Positions 47,435-55,603 of a DNA stretch of 64,000 nucleotides are shown here, piece after piece; positions within the stretch are counted from its first letter, which is position 1; every line of letters begins with the position of its first letter. The stretch covers positions 3,471 through 67,470 of the forward strand of contig CAVREM010000010.1 in NCBI GenBank assembly GCA_963720005.1. The letters are read 5' to 3'. Position numbers and translations under genes: made by a program. The stretch comes from an uncultured Acidobacteriota bacterium (GTDB lineage Bacteria > Acidobacteriota > Vicinamibacteria > Vicinamibacterales > CAVVIG01). Under the pieces are notes generated by a model. It searched no databases, was not told where the DNA came from, and was given only the letters and a program-made list of their open reading frames with translations.

Positions 47435-48242
47435 ATGGAAGCTGTCCTGCTCACCGTCACGCTCCTGTCGCTGATCATCGCGGCCAGTGCGAGTGTTCTG
47501 GCCTGGCGGGTGATGCGCAACGAACGCCGTCGATCGGAGGCGCGAATTGCGGCCCTGACCGCCGACCTTGCCGTTGTCGAAGATCACCGGACGATTCGAG
47601 CGGATCGACCGCAGGCGCCGGCGGTGGCCACCGATCTGCCTATCCACCGCGAAACGGTCGCCGCGCCACCCATCCACGACGAAGCGGTCGCCGCGCCGGA
47701 CGGCATGTTCGCGCCCAGGGAGCGCGGACGCTCCGTGTTCCGCGTCGCCGCCGCGGTGTGCGCGGCTGCGCTGATCGTTGCGGTCGTCATCGGCAGCCTG
47801 GTGATGACGAGTTCCAGGACGCCATCGGCGTCTTCCGGGCGCCCGAGCGAGGCTGCCGTGGCTGCGGCCGCGGCGACGGCTCCCGCGCACGATCCCGCTC
47901 GAGCTGATCGCGCTCGGCCACGAGCGCGAAGCGGATCGCCTGACAGTTCGCGGCGTCGTACGGGGCTCGGCGCCGGCCGGAGAGAAGGGCCCGCTGACCG
48001 CGGTCGTGCTGCTCTTCAACCGCGAAGGCGGTTTCATCGCGAGCGGCCGCTCAGAAGTCCAGCCGGGCGCGACCGATCCGGCTGGCGAGCGGACGTTCGT
48101 GGTCACCGTTCCCTCGGCAGGCGACGTCGGACGTTATCGCGTAAGCTTCAGGAGCGACGACCACATCGTGCCGCACGTCGACAAAAGGGCGCAGGCTGGA
48201 CAACTGAAATCCGAAGCCGGACGTGGGTCGTCTCAAATCTGA
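47435..48242 (+). pseudogene. membrane-anchored hypothetical protein (two TM segments and a beta-rich C-terminal domain), with one frameshift near 47890
   Basis: MEAVLLTVTLLSLIIAASASVLAW...; second TM FRVAAAVCAAALIVAVVIGSLV; after the shift PLELIALGHEREADRLTVRGVVRGS..GPLTAVVLLFNREGGFIASGRSEV...ERTFVVTVPSAGDVGRYRVSFRSD. It is reminiscent of DUF3426-type domains, but I hold that with low certainty. Confidence 0.5.
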
Positions 48243-48252
48243 GGGTGATGTG

Positions 48253-49294
48253 ATGCGCTCGGGTTCACGGGTTAACGCCGCCGCAGTCGTCGTCGTCCTC
48301 GCTGCCGCAACTCTTCAGGGTCAGCAGCAGAAGCAGCAGGAGGGCGGATCGTTCCGCTTCAAGACGGGCGTCGAGCTGATCAACGTGTCGGCCAGCGTCT
48401 CCGATGCGAGCGGACGGTTCGTTCGCGGGCTCGGGAAGGACGACTTTACCGTCTACGAGGACGGCCAGCGGCAGGAAGTCACTCACTTCAGCGCCGAGCG
48501 GACGCCGGTGAGTCTCGGCGTCGTGCTCGACACGAGCGACAGCATGGACGGCGAGAAGATCCAGGCCGCCAAGGCTGCCTTGAACCGGTTCCTGTACGAT
48601 CTGCTCGACCCGCAGGACGAGATCTTCCTGTACACATTCGACGACGACCCGCGGCTGCTTCAGGGGTGGACAACCGATCGCCAGGTGCTGTCGCGGTCGA
48701 TCAGCCGGATCCGGACGGACGGCGCGACGGCGATGTATGACGCGATCGCCGAGGCGGTTCCGCTCGCGGCCACGGGCCGCCACCAGAAGAAGGCGATCGT
48801 GCTGATTTCCGATGGCAACGATACGTCCAGCCACACTCCCCTGGTCGATCTGAAGCAGCTGGTCCGCGAGAGCGAGGTGATGATCTACGCGATCGGCATC
48901 GACGGCGCGGGTCGGGCAAGCGTTCAGCCGCAGCCGAGGCCGCCCGTGCGGATTCCCATGCCGATCCCGTTTCCCGGGGCGCCACGACGGCCCGGGGGCC
49001 GGCCACAGATTCAGTGGCCGCCACGCCCCGGCGGCGGAGGAGTCGCCAGCGATCGGGTCAACGCCGTTGCGCTCCGGGACTTGACCGATGACAGCGGCGG
49101 CCGGACCGAGATCATCCGCGAGCCGCGCGATCTCAATCCTGCGACCGAGGGAATCGCGAGCGAGTTGAGCCAGCAGGTACTATCTCGGATATCCGGCGCC
49201 TGGGAAGAGCGACGGCCGCTGGCACTCGATTCGCGTCGAAGTGAACAACCGCAACTACCGCGTGCGGGCACGGCGAGGATACGTCGCAAGCTAG
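48253..49294 (+). pseudogene. secreted von Willebrand factor A-domain protein of the 'VWFA-related acidobacterial' type, with one frameshift near 49177
   Basis: Signal peptide MRSGSRVNAAAVVVVLAAATLQGQ; FRFKTGVELINVSASVSDASGRFVRGLGKDDFTVYEDGQRQEVTHF; MIDAS motif VLDTSDSM...TAMYDAI...LISDGNDT; repaired C-terminus QQYYLGYPAPGKSDGRWHSIRVEVNNRNYRVRARRGYVAS-TAG. Confidence 0.8.
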
Positions 49295-49302
49295 AATGCT
49301 GC

Positions 49303-50052
49303 GTGCCTCTCCTGGCGACGGCGCTCGGTCTCAGCCTGCTCGGTAGCTTCGGCGGTCTCCTTCTCGCATCGTCCCTGCTCCTGTTCACCGACAAGGTCCG
49401 AACGCGGCTCGTGCCGTGGCTCGTCAGCTACGCCGTCGGCGCGCTCCTCGGCGTGGCGCTTCTCGCGCTCCTGCCGGAGGCGCTCGAGACGATGGAGCCG
49501 GCGGCCGCATTCGGCACGCTGCTGGTCGGCATCCTGGTCTTCTTCGTCCTCGAGAAGCTGGTGCTGCTGCGTCACTGCCATACCGACGAATGCCACGTGC
49601 ACGGGGCGACGGCGGCGCTGGTCCTGCTCGGCGACGCCTTCCACAACTTCATCGACGGCGCGACGGTCTGTGCGGCGGTCCTGACCTCGGTACCGCTCGG
49701 CGTCAACACTGCGATCGCCGTCGCGGCGCACGAAATTCCGCAAGAAGTCGGCGATGTCGCCATCCTCCTCGCCGCCGGGTACAGCAGGCGACGGGCGCTC
49801 CTGCTCAACATCCTGTCAGGCGCATCGGGCATCGCCGGCGCCCTGGTCGCCTACGTCACGGTCGGCGTTCTACCAGGCGTGCGACCTGTGATTCTCGCGT
49901 TGTCGTCGGCGAGCCTGCTCTACATCGCGATGTCCGATCTCATCCCCGATTTGCACCGGGGCCAGATCGACAGCAACGGCCTGCGGCAGGTCGTCTTGAT
50001 CGTGGCCGGCGTGCTGACCGTCGCCGTTTTTGGTCGGCTCATCGGCGAGTGA
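49303..50052 (+). CDS. ZIP-family divalent metal transporter (ZupT-like)
   Basis: A GTG start lies 8 nt after the VWA stop. There are eight hydrophobic segments. His-rich loop LRHCHTDECHVHG; motifs GDAFHNFIDG and AHEIPQEVGD. Confidence 0.8.
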   Translation: MPLLATALGLSLLGSFGGLLLASSLLLFTDKVRTRLVPWLVSYAVGALLGVALLALLPEALETMEPAAAFGTLLVGILVFFVLEKLVLLRHCHTDECHVHGATAALVLLGDAFHNFIDGATVCAAVLTSVPLGVNTAIAVAAHEIPQEVGDVAILLAAGYSRRRALLLNILSGASGIAGALVAYVTVGVLPGVRPVILALSSASLLYIAMSDLIPDLHRGQIDSNGLRQVVLIVAGVLTVAVFGRLIGE

Positions 50053-50165
50053 CACCCCGCGACGACGCCTTGCGCGGAAAATCGCCTCTCCTGACGGCCT
50101 TTTCTTGGCACCTGATTTGAACTGCCTGAGTCCGAAGCCTCGCCTGCGGAAACTACGGCGCGATC

Positions 50166-50714
50166 ATGTCCCTCCGGGTGTTCGCCTTTGTTCTCTTGAC
50201 GGCCGTCGCTCCAATGGTTGCGTCAGCCAGCCCCGATCTGAAGGATCTGCGGATACTGGACGATGTCTCAGCCACGGTGAACGCGTGGCCGCACTTCACG
50301 ATCTTCGACGACGTGTCGATCAGCGTCGAGCAGGGCGTCGTCACCCTCGTCGGAAAAGTGACGATGGATTACAAGCGCGGCGAGCTTCAAAAGCGGGTGG
50401 GAGCGATTCAAGGCGTACGGCAGGTCGTCGACCAGCTCGAGGTCCTGCCGGCCTCCACGTTCGACGACGCGCTGCGCCAGCAGATCGCGCGCGCCATCTA
50501 CGGCAACGCCAACTTCTGGCCGTACGCGGTGATGCGCAATCCGCCGATTCACATCATCGTGGATCGCAGCCGTGTGACGCTGACGGGGCTGGTCCGCAGC
50601 GAGGTCGATCGCCGGCTCGCACAGGCGCTCGCGACCCAGTTCAATGCGCTGTCAGTGACCAACGAGCTCAGGACCGATGCAGATATGCGGGGGCGGCGTG
50701 ATCCGGCGTACTGA
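50166..50714 (+). CDS. periplasmic protein with two BON domains (OsmY-like)
   Basis: Signal peptide MSLRVFAFVLLTAVAPMVASA; two BON-like units (DDVSISVEQGVVTLVGKV...IQGVRQVVDQLEV and IHIIVDRSRVTLTGLVRSE...FNALSVTNELR). Confidence 0.75.
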   Translation: MSLRVFAFVLLTAVAPMVASASPDLKDLRILDDVSATVNAWPHFTIFDDVSISVEQGVVTLVGKVTMDYKRGELQKRVGAIQGVRQVVDQLEVLPASTFDDALRQQIARAIYGNANFWPYAVMRNPPIHIIVDRSRVTLTGLVRSEVDRRLAQALATQFNALSVTNELRTDADMRGRRDPAY

Positions 50715-51384
50715 ATTGCCGGTGCGCGTCGACCGCGACGCGCAAGTGACCGCGCTGCTGTACGGAGCAGCCGAGCCGCGGCTGGAGGCGGCGCTCATCC
50801 TCGCCCACGGCGCCGGCGCGGGCCAGCACAGTGCGTTCATGACGTCGTTCGCCAACGCCCTCGCGGACCTTGGCGTCGACGCGGTCACTTTCAACTTCCT
50901 CTACACGGAGCAGGGCCGGCGGATTCCCGATCGGAAGCCGGCGCTCGAGGCGTGCTATCTGGCGGTGATTCAGGCGGTGCGGGACGCACTCGGCGGGGCG
51001 TTGTTCATCGGCGGCAAGTCGATGGGCGGGCGGATTGCGACGCACGTCGCAGCGGAAGGTCTCGGCGAGCCACCCCTCGGCATCGTCCTGCTGGGCTATC
51101 CGCTGCATCCGCCAGGACGTCCGCATGAGCGCCGCGACGCGCACCTGCCGGATGTCCCGTGCCCGATGCTCTTCGTACAAGGAAGCCGCGATGCGTTCGG
51201 AACACCGGCGGAAATCCAACCGGTCCTGCCCACGCTCGATCGCCCGGCGACGCTGCACGTCGTCGAGGGCGGCGATCACTCGCTCAAGGTGGCCAAGGGC
51301 GGGCGGCCGCAGGACGACGTGTACCTGGAAGTGCAGCGGGCGATCGTGAAGTGGCTCCGCGGGGTCATCGCCGAACGCTCGTGA
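50677..51384 (+). CDS. alpha/beta hydrolase (dienelactone-hydrolase / KANL3-Tex30-like); start uncertain
   Basis: ALILAHGAGAGQHSAFM, nucleophile elbow GGKSMGGR (GxSxG), LFVQGSRDAFG, GGDHSL. The annotated start overlaps the BON gene by 38 nt, so a downstream GTG is possible. Confidence 0.7.
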   Translation: MQICGGGVIRRTELPVRVDRDAQVTALLYGAAEPRLEAALILAHGAGAGQHSAFMTSFANALADLGVDAVTFNFLYTEQGRRIPDRKPALEACYLAVIQAVRDALGGALFIGGKSMGGRIATHVAAEGLGEPPLGIVLLGYPLHPPGRPHERRDAHLPDVPCPMLFVQGSRDAFGTPAEIQPVLPTLDRPATLHVVEGGDHSLKVAKGGRPQDDVYLEVQRAIVKWLRGVIAERS

Positions 51385-52030
51385 GAAAGTCCGCCGCGGC
51401 CTCGGAGAACGCCCCCGTCCACTCGTGACCGGCATCCAGCGCCACGACTGTTACGCCAACGCCCGCGTCGCGAAGTCGGGCCACGTCGGCGCCGAGCTTC
51501 TGATCGGTATACCAGTCGTCGCGCGACCCGCGGCCGATGAGCGCGGCCGGAATCCGCGCGAGCGCCGCGCGGTCAATCTCGGGCGGCACGTCGCCACCCA
51601 GCGAAATCACGCCGGACACGGCTCTGGCGGACGCGGCCGCCGCGCGGTAGGCCATGGCCACGCCTTGCGAGAACCCGGCAAGGACCAGCCGCCCTTCGGT
51701 TCCCCATTCCCGCGAAGTGGCATCGATCACGGCCGAGACGTAGCTGACGTTATCGGCAATCGCCAGCTCGCGATCCTCCCTGGTCATCCAGCTGGCGACG
51801 ACGTCGGTGGAGCGGCCGCGATAGAAACGATTCAAGCCCTGGATGGCCACGAGCCGCCAATGGCCGGCGTCAGGAATCGTCTGCAGGCGCTCCATCGCCG
51901 CCGCGGCCGGCTCCGCGTAGCCGTGGAAACTGACGAGCAGGCCTGACGACGGTTCTGCATTCGCGGGAGGCACCACCAGGTAGCGGCCGTGTGTCGTGGC
52001 TGCGATCGTGCGGGGAATCATCGGCCACAC
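51365..52030 (-). CDS. phospholipase/carboxylesterase-type alpha/beta hydrolase
   Basis: An intact 221-aa ORF: LLVSFHGYAE, LAGFSQGVAMA (GxSxG), LIGRGSRDDWY, DAGHEW. Its 3' end overlaps the neighbouring hydrolase by 20 nt (convergent). Confidence 0.7.
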   Translation of the reverse strand: MWPMIPRTIAATTHGRYLVVPPANAEPSSGLLVSFHGYAEPAAAAMERLQTIPDAGHWRLVAIQGLNRFYRGRSTDVVASWMTREDRELAIADNVSYVSAVIDATSREWGTEGRLVLAGFSQGVAMAYRAAAASARAVSGVISLGGDVPPEIDRAALARIPAALIGRGSRDDWYTDQKLGADVARLRDAGVGVTVVALDAGHEWTGAFSEAAADFLTSVRR

Positions 52031-52046
52031 GATACAGCATCACGCT

Positions 52047-52101
52047 GGGTGCTAGGTGCTGAGTGCCGGGTGCTGGGTGCGGGTGCTGCGTGCTGGGTGC
52101 T
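52047..52101. repeat. tandem heptanucleotide array, about 8 imperfect copies of GGGTGCT
   Basis: GGGTGCT AGGTGCT GAGTGCC GGGTGCT GGGTGC GGGTGCT GCGTGCT GGGTGCT. It fills the 69-nt spacer between the permease-remnant stop (52100-52102) and the esterase start (52030). Confidence 0.85.
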
Positions 52102-52891
52102 ATTCAGCGCGGAGGCCGGCGGACACGTCGGCGGCGACGGCGCGACGTGCGGGCAGGATGCAGGCAGCGGCGGCAACGACAATCGCGACGGCTGCGGCCA
52201 CGGAAAACGCCGCCGGATCGGCTGACGAAATGCCATTGAGAAACGTCGAAAGCGTCCGGCCAAGCGCGAGCGACGCGGCGACGCCCAGGAAGAGGCCGAC
52301 CGCGCAGAGCACGAGACCCTGGCGGACCACCAGCCACACGACGTCAGCCGGGCGCGCCCCGAGTGCCATGCGGATGCTCAACTCGATGCGGCGCTGCGTC
52401 ACTGCGTACGACAGGACGCTGTAGACGCCGACGGCCGCGAGGACGAGGGCGACCGTGGCGAACACCGACATCAACATGAACAGCGCGCGCGGCCGTTCGG
52501 TCTGCGTTGACTGAAAGAAGTTCGCGCTCGCCTCGACAGCGCGCAGGCGCAGCGGCTCACGGCCGGGCTCGGTGAGATTGATCTGCGGGTACCACCACGC
52601 CGCCGCGGCGTCGAAGACCTGGGTCAGCGCCCGGTAGTCGCCGAAGTTGACCGGCGAGAGCCGCTCGTGAAGAAGCGAACGAGCCCCATTGGTCTCCCAC
52701 AGCATCGTGAGCCGATCCGGCTCCGCATATGGAAGCGGCCGGAGAACAACCTGGTCCAGGACGCTGAACACCGCCGTCGTGACGCCCGTCCCCAGCCCGA
52801 GGGTCAGGACCGCCGCCACCGTGAACCCGGGCGTCCTGCGGAGCAGCCGCCACCCGAAGCGCAGGTCCTGGAGGAACCTCTCTAGCGTCAT
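52100..52891 (-). pseudogene. ADOP/MacB-FtsX-family permease remnant: the N-terminal ~115 aa are fused in frame to the last FtsX module
   Basis: The N-terminus MTLERFLQDLRFGWRLLRRTPGFTVAAVLTLGLGTGVTTAVFSVLDQVVLRPLPYAEPDRL...EASANFF runs directly into a C-terminal FtsX segment ...LFMLMSVFATVALVLAAVGVYSVLSYAVTQRRIELSIRMALGARP.... It is only 263 aa, whereas family members as I remember them are about 800 aa. Confidence 0.6.
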
Positions 52892-52958
52892 CGCTGCGTT
52901 AGACGGTGAGATGCTCCTGTTCGTTGGCGCCCTCGACTTCGCTCGGGCCGGGGCCCGC

Positions 52959-53276
52959 TCAGGGAGTGAGCGGATGAGACTCGATCAAGTGGGTGGTGAC
53001 GATGCGGCCCGCAATCAGGTGGTCCTGGATGATGCGCTCGAGCACAGGCGGATCGCATCCGCCGTACCAGGCGCCTTCGGGATAGACCACGGCGATCGGG
53101 CCGCCTTCGCAGATGCGCAGGCAGTTGGCCTTGGTCCGCAGAATGCCGCCCTGATCCGAAAGACCCAGTTCCTTCAGCCGGCGCTTCAGGAATTCCCACG
53201 CCGCCAGCCCACGCTCCTTGTCGCAGCATTTCGGCGTGGTCTGATCGCAGCAGAGAAAGATATGCCGCCGCGCCAC
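52959..53276 (-). CDS. thioredoxin-fold [2Fe-2S] ferredoxin-like protein
   Basis: An intact 105-aa ORF: [14 protein letters not shown]...[22 protein letters not shown]. The Cys pattern and the GP..VVYP motif are typical of small (2Fe-2S) ferredoxin-domain proteins. Confidence 0.6.
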   Translation of the reverse strand: MARRHIFLCCDQTTPKCCDKERGLAAWEFLKRRLKELGLSDQGGILRTKANCLRICEGGPIAVVYPEGAWYGGCDPPVLERIIQDHLIAGRIVTTHLIESHPLTP

Positions 53277-53329
53277 GGGGACGCCGATCGTCGCCAGCGA
53301 TCTGTCGTTGGGATCGAGACATCAGGAAT

Positions 53330-54628
53330 TCACAATTTACAATTGTAAATTGTAAATTTCAGAGTTCTTAGTACGCAAAACGACGTTCCGAAATGCACGC
53401 GCGTCGTCCCGTTCACGCCGTGCGCGACGGCAAAGTTCAGTCGGAAGAACGCCGCCGTGACCCAGACGCTGCCGCCGATCCCCTTGCCGAATCGCTGGTC
53501 GGCCAGCTGCGCCCGGTGATCATAAACGGTCGCGACGTCCGCGAACGCGCTCACACCGAGCTTGGCGATGTTCAGGGGCGAGGTGATTGGCACACGCACT
53601 TCGACGGAGCCGGCCACGAGGGTGTCGCCGACGGCGGTGCCGGCCTTGAAGCCGCGAAGGTTCTCCATGCCGCCGAGGATCGGCTGCAGAAACGGCGGCA
53701 GGGGCTGGTCGGACGCGGTCCGGTACACCCGGCCGACCACGACGCTCTGGCCGACGAAGCCCACATAGCCGCGGAGATCGACACTGTACTGACGATAGGC
53801 GTCCGCGCCGCTCAGCGCGAAACGATCCCAGCTCGCGCGGGCGTAGACGGCATTGCGCGCGAGGACGGGATCGATGCGCGTGTCGAACACGAGGTCGGCG
53901 CCGGTCTGCAGAAAGCGGGTGTCGTCCGCGAGGAAGTTGCACCTGTTCCGATGCCGATCGTGCCGCCGGCACGCAGCTGAGGCCAGAGATCGCGCTCGAC
54001 CCTGGCCGCGAGCGCGAAGCCGATCGTCGTCCTGCTCGTAGAACGGGTGCTCGCGCCGGGACACCGACAGGCCCGCGGTGACGCGATCGAGCGGGCCTCG
54101 GTCGAAGTCCTTCTCGAGCTGCACCGCCGCGCGCTTGTCGCCGCCCCAGGTGAGCGGCATCGCGAGCCGGCTCCGCGATCCGGCGACGTTCGGCAGCGCA
54201 AAGCGCACGCCGTAGGTCCAGCCGTAGCCGTCCTCGACGTTCAGCACCGGCAAGAACATCACCGGCAGCCCGCGCCGCCGGACGGTCCGCGGCGGGGCGC
54301 CCGAGTTCTGGTCCCACTCGATCTTCACGTCGCCTTCGTCGACGACGATGACCAGGACAATCTTCGAGGCGTCGGCAATCGACGCGAACCGCTTCAGCAC
54401 CTCGACGTTTCGGAACTTGCCGCTTGCGTGAAGCCGCTTCTCGACAATCGCGGTCGTGTCGGCCTCGAACGGAGCGCCCACCTGGACGTCCGCGAGGCGA
54501 AGCACTTCCTCCTCCGCGATCGCCACGTTGCCGTGGACGCGCACTTCGGCAATGACTTCTGCAGGCTGCGCCTGAGCCGGCTGTTCAGCCTGGCCGGCCA
54601 GGGCGAGCACGAAAAGGATCGGAAGCAC
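53330..54628 (-). pseudogene. small Omp85/BamA-family beta-barrel (one POTRA-like domain plus a surface-antigen barrel); an internal ~85-nt segment is out of frame (near 54025 and 53940), and the true stop is probably at 53368
   Basis: GTG start, signal-like LPILFVLALAGQA; POTRA-like VIAEVRVHGNVAIAEEEVLRLADVQVGAPF...; barrel ...GWTYGVRFALPN...; then (other frame) IGFALAARVERDLWPQLRAGGTIGIGTG; then NFLADDTRFLQTGADLVFDTRIDP...LGGMENLRGF...VHFGTSF. Removing one T from the TTTT run gives the classic ending ...HFGTSFAY-TAA at 53368, instead of a 12-codon AT-rich tail. Confidence 0.7.
53334..53351. promoter_or_regulatory. perfect 18-bp AT-rich palindrome (candidate operator) upstream of the ferredoxin-like gene
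   Basis: AATTTACAATTGTAAATT is its own reverse complement. It is followed by a direct repeat of GTAAATT. It lies 58 nt upstream of the ferredoxin start (53276, minus strand). Confidence 0.45.
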
Positions 54629-54641
54629 CGCTCGACGCCGC

Positions 54642-55586
54642 TCAGTGCGGCTGGGGAATGCGGATCGTGGACGTCACGTCGGCACGGCGATAGTCGTGGT
54701 AGTCGAGCGCGTACTGCACGTCGAACTGCCCCACCGCCATGGCCACGGCGAATCGCATGTCGAGGGCGCGCGGCAGCCAGACATCCGGAAAGGCCTCGCC
54801 CATGGTCATCGATGCGCGGAGCTCCTCGACCTGGGCCAGCCAGCCCAATGGCAGGGCGTTGACGGTGATCGAAAGGGCCGAGAGGCCGCTGCCGACGTTG
54901 TCGAAGGTGTACTTGAGAATCTGGTGGGTTTCGGGATCGATCCACAGCGTCACGAGCGAGGCCTTGTTGAGCACGCGCTGCACCTCGCGCTGCAGCGGTT
55001 TGTCCTGTTCGGCCCGGCGGCGCTGCTCGTCGTTGCGCTCCGGCCGGTCGCTCCGCGACCGGGTCTCCTCGAACAACTTCGTCGGGTAGTACTCGACCCG
55101 GAGGACCTGGCGGCCCTCGAGCGCCTCGCGGCCGACCAGCGCGTACTTGCCGGACTCGAACTTGAAGCGCAGGAAGTACGCCGACGTGACGAACTGTGGC
55201 TCGTCCGGATCGCCGTCGAACTCCGACGGATTCTCTGCGCGCCGCTTCTCGCGCTCCTGTTCGCGGCGGACGAAGTCGGCCTCGTACTTCCGCCGGTCGC
55301 CGTCGCCGATCTCGACGCCGTTGAAGCGCAGCGGGCTGCGGACGAAGCGGCCGTCGCGCATGTACCACGTGAACTCGCGGCGGTCGCCCCACATCACGGC
55401 ACGATCCGGCCCACGAAGCTCGATCACTTCGCGCTCGTCGAGGATGTACTGCTGCAGCTTCTTCCAGCTGTCGTCGCGGCGAGCCATGACGCGCTGCATG
55501 AACGCGTCGAGGTCGCTCTGCGCAGCGGCCGGCGGCATCGGCATCGACAGGACGAGCAGGAGGGATGCCGCGGTCAGCGCCTTCAT
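54642..55586 (-). CDS. secreted hypothetical protein, LolA-like / outer-membrane lipoprotein-sorting-like by pattern
   Basis: The ATG at 55586 gives the signal peptide MKALTAASLLLVLSMPMPPAAAQ. YILDEREVIELRGPDRAVMWGDRREFTWYMRDGRFVRSP...YFLRFKFESGKYALVGREALEGRQVLRVEYYP...LVTLWIDPETHQILKYTF. The fold assignment is a guess from sequence patterns. Confidence 0.55.
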   Translation of the reverse strand: MKALTAASLLLVLSMPMPPAAAQSDLDAFMQRVMARRDDSWKKLQQYILDEREVIELRGPDRAVMWGDRREFTWYMRDGRFVRSPLRFNGVEIGDGDRRKYEADFVRREQEREKRRAENPSEFDGDPDEPQFVTSAYFLRFKFESGKYALVGREALEGRQVLRVEYYPTKLFEETRSRSDRPERNDEQRRRAEQDKPLQREVQRVLNKASLVTLWIDPETHQILKYTFDNVGSGLSALSITVNALPLGWLAQVEELRASMTMGEAFPDVWLPRALDMRFAVAMAVGQFDVQYALDYHDYRRADVTSTIRIPQPH

Positions 55587-55603
55587 GCCCTGATTAGACC
55601 CGA

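Noticed and set aside
52047-52101. Tandem repeat arrays here and at 26112-26147, 18405-18480 and 61208-61330, considered as possible CRISPR arrays.
   Set aside because: The units are 7-8 nt (or 18-nt hairpins) with no unique spacers of 25-40 nt, and there are no cas genes in the window.
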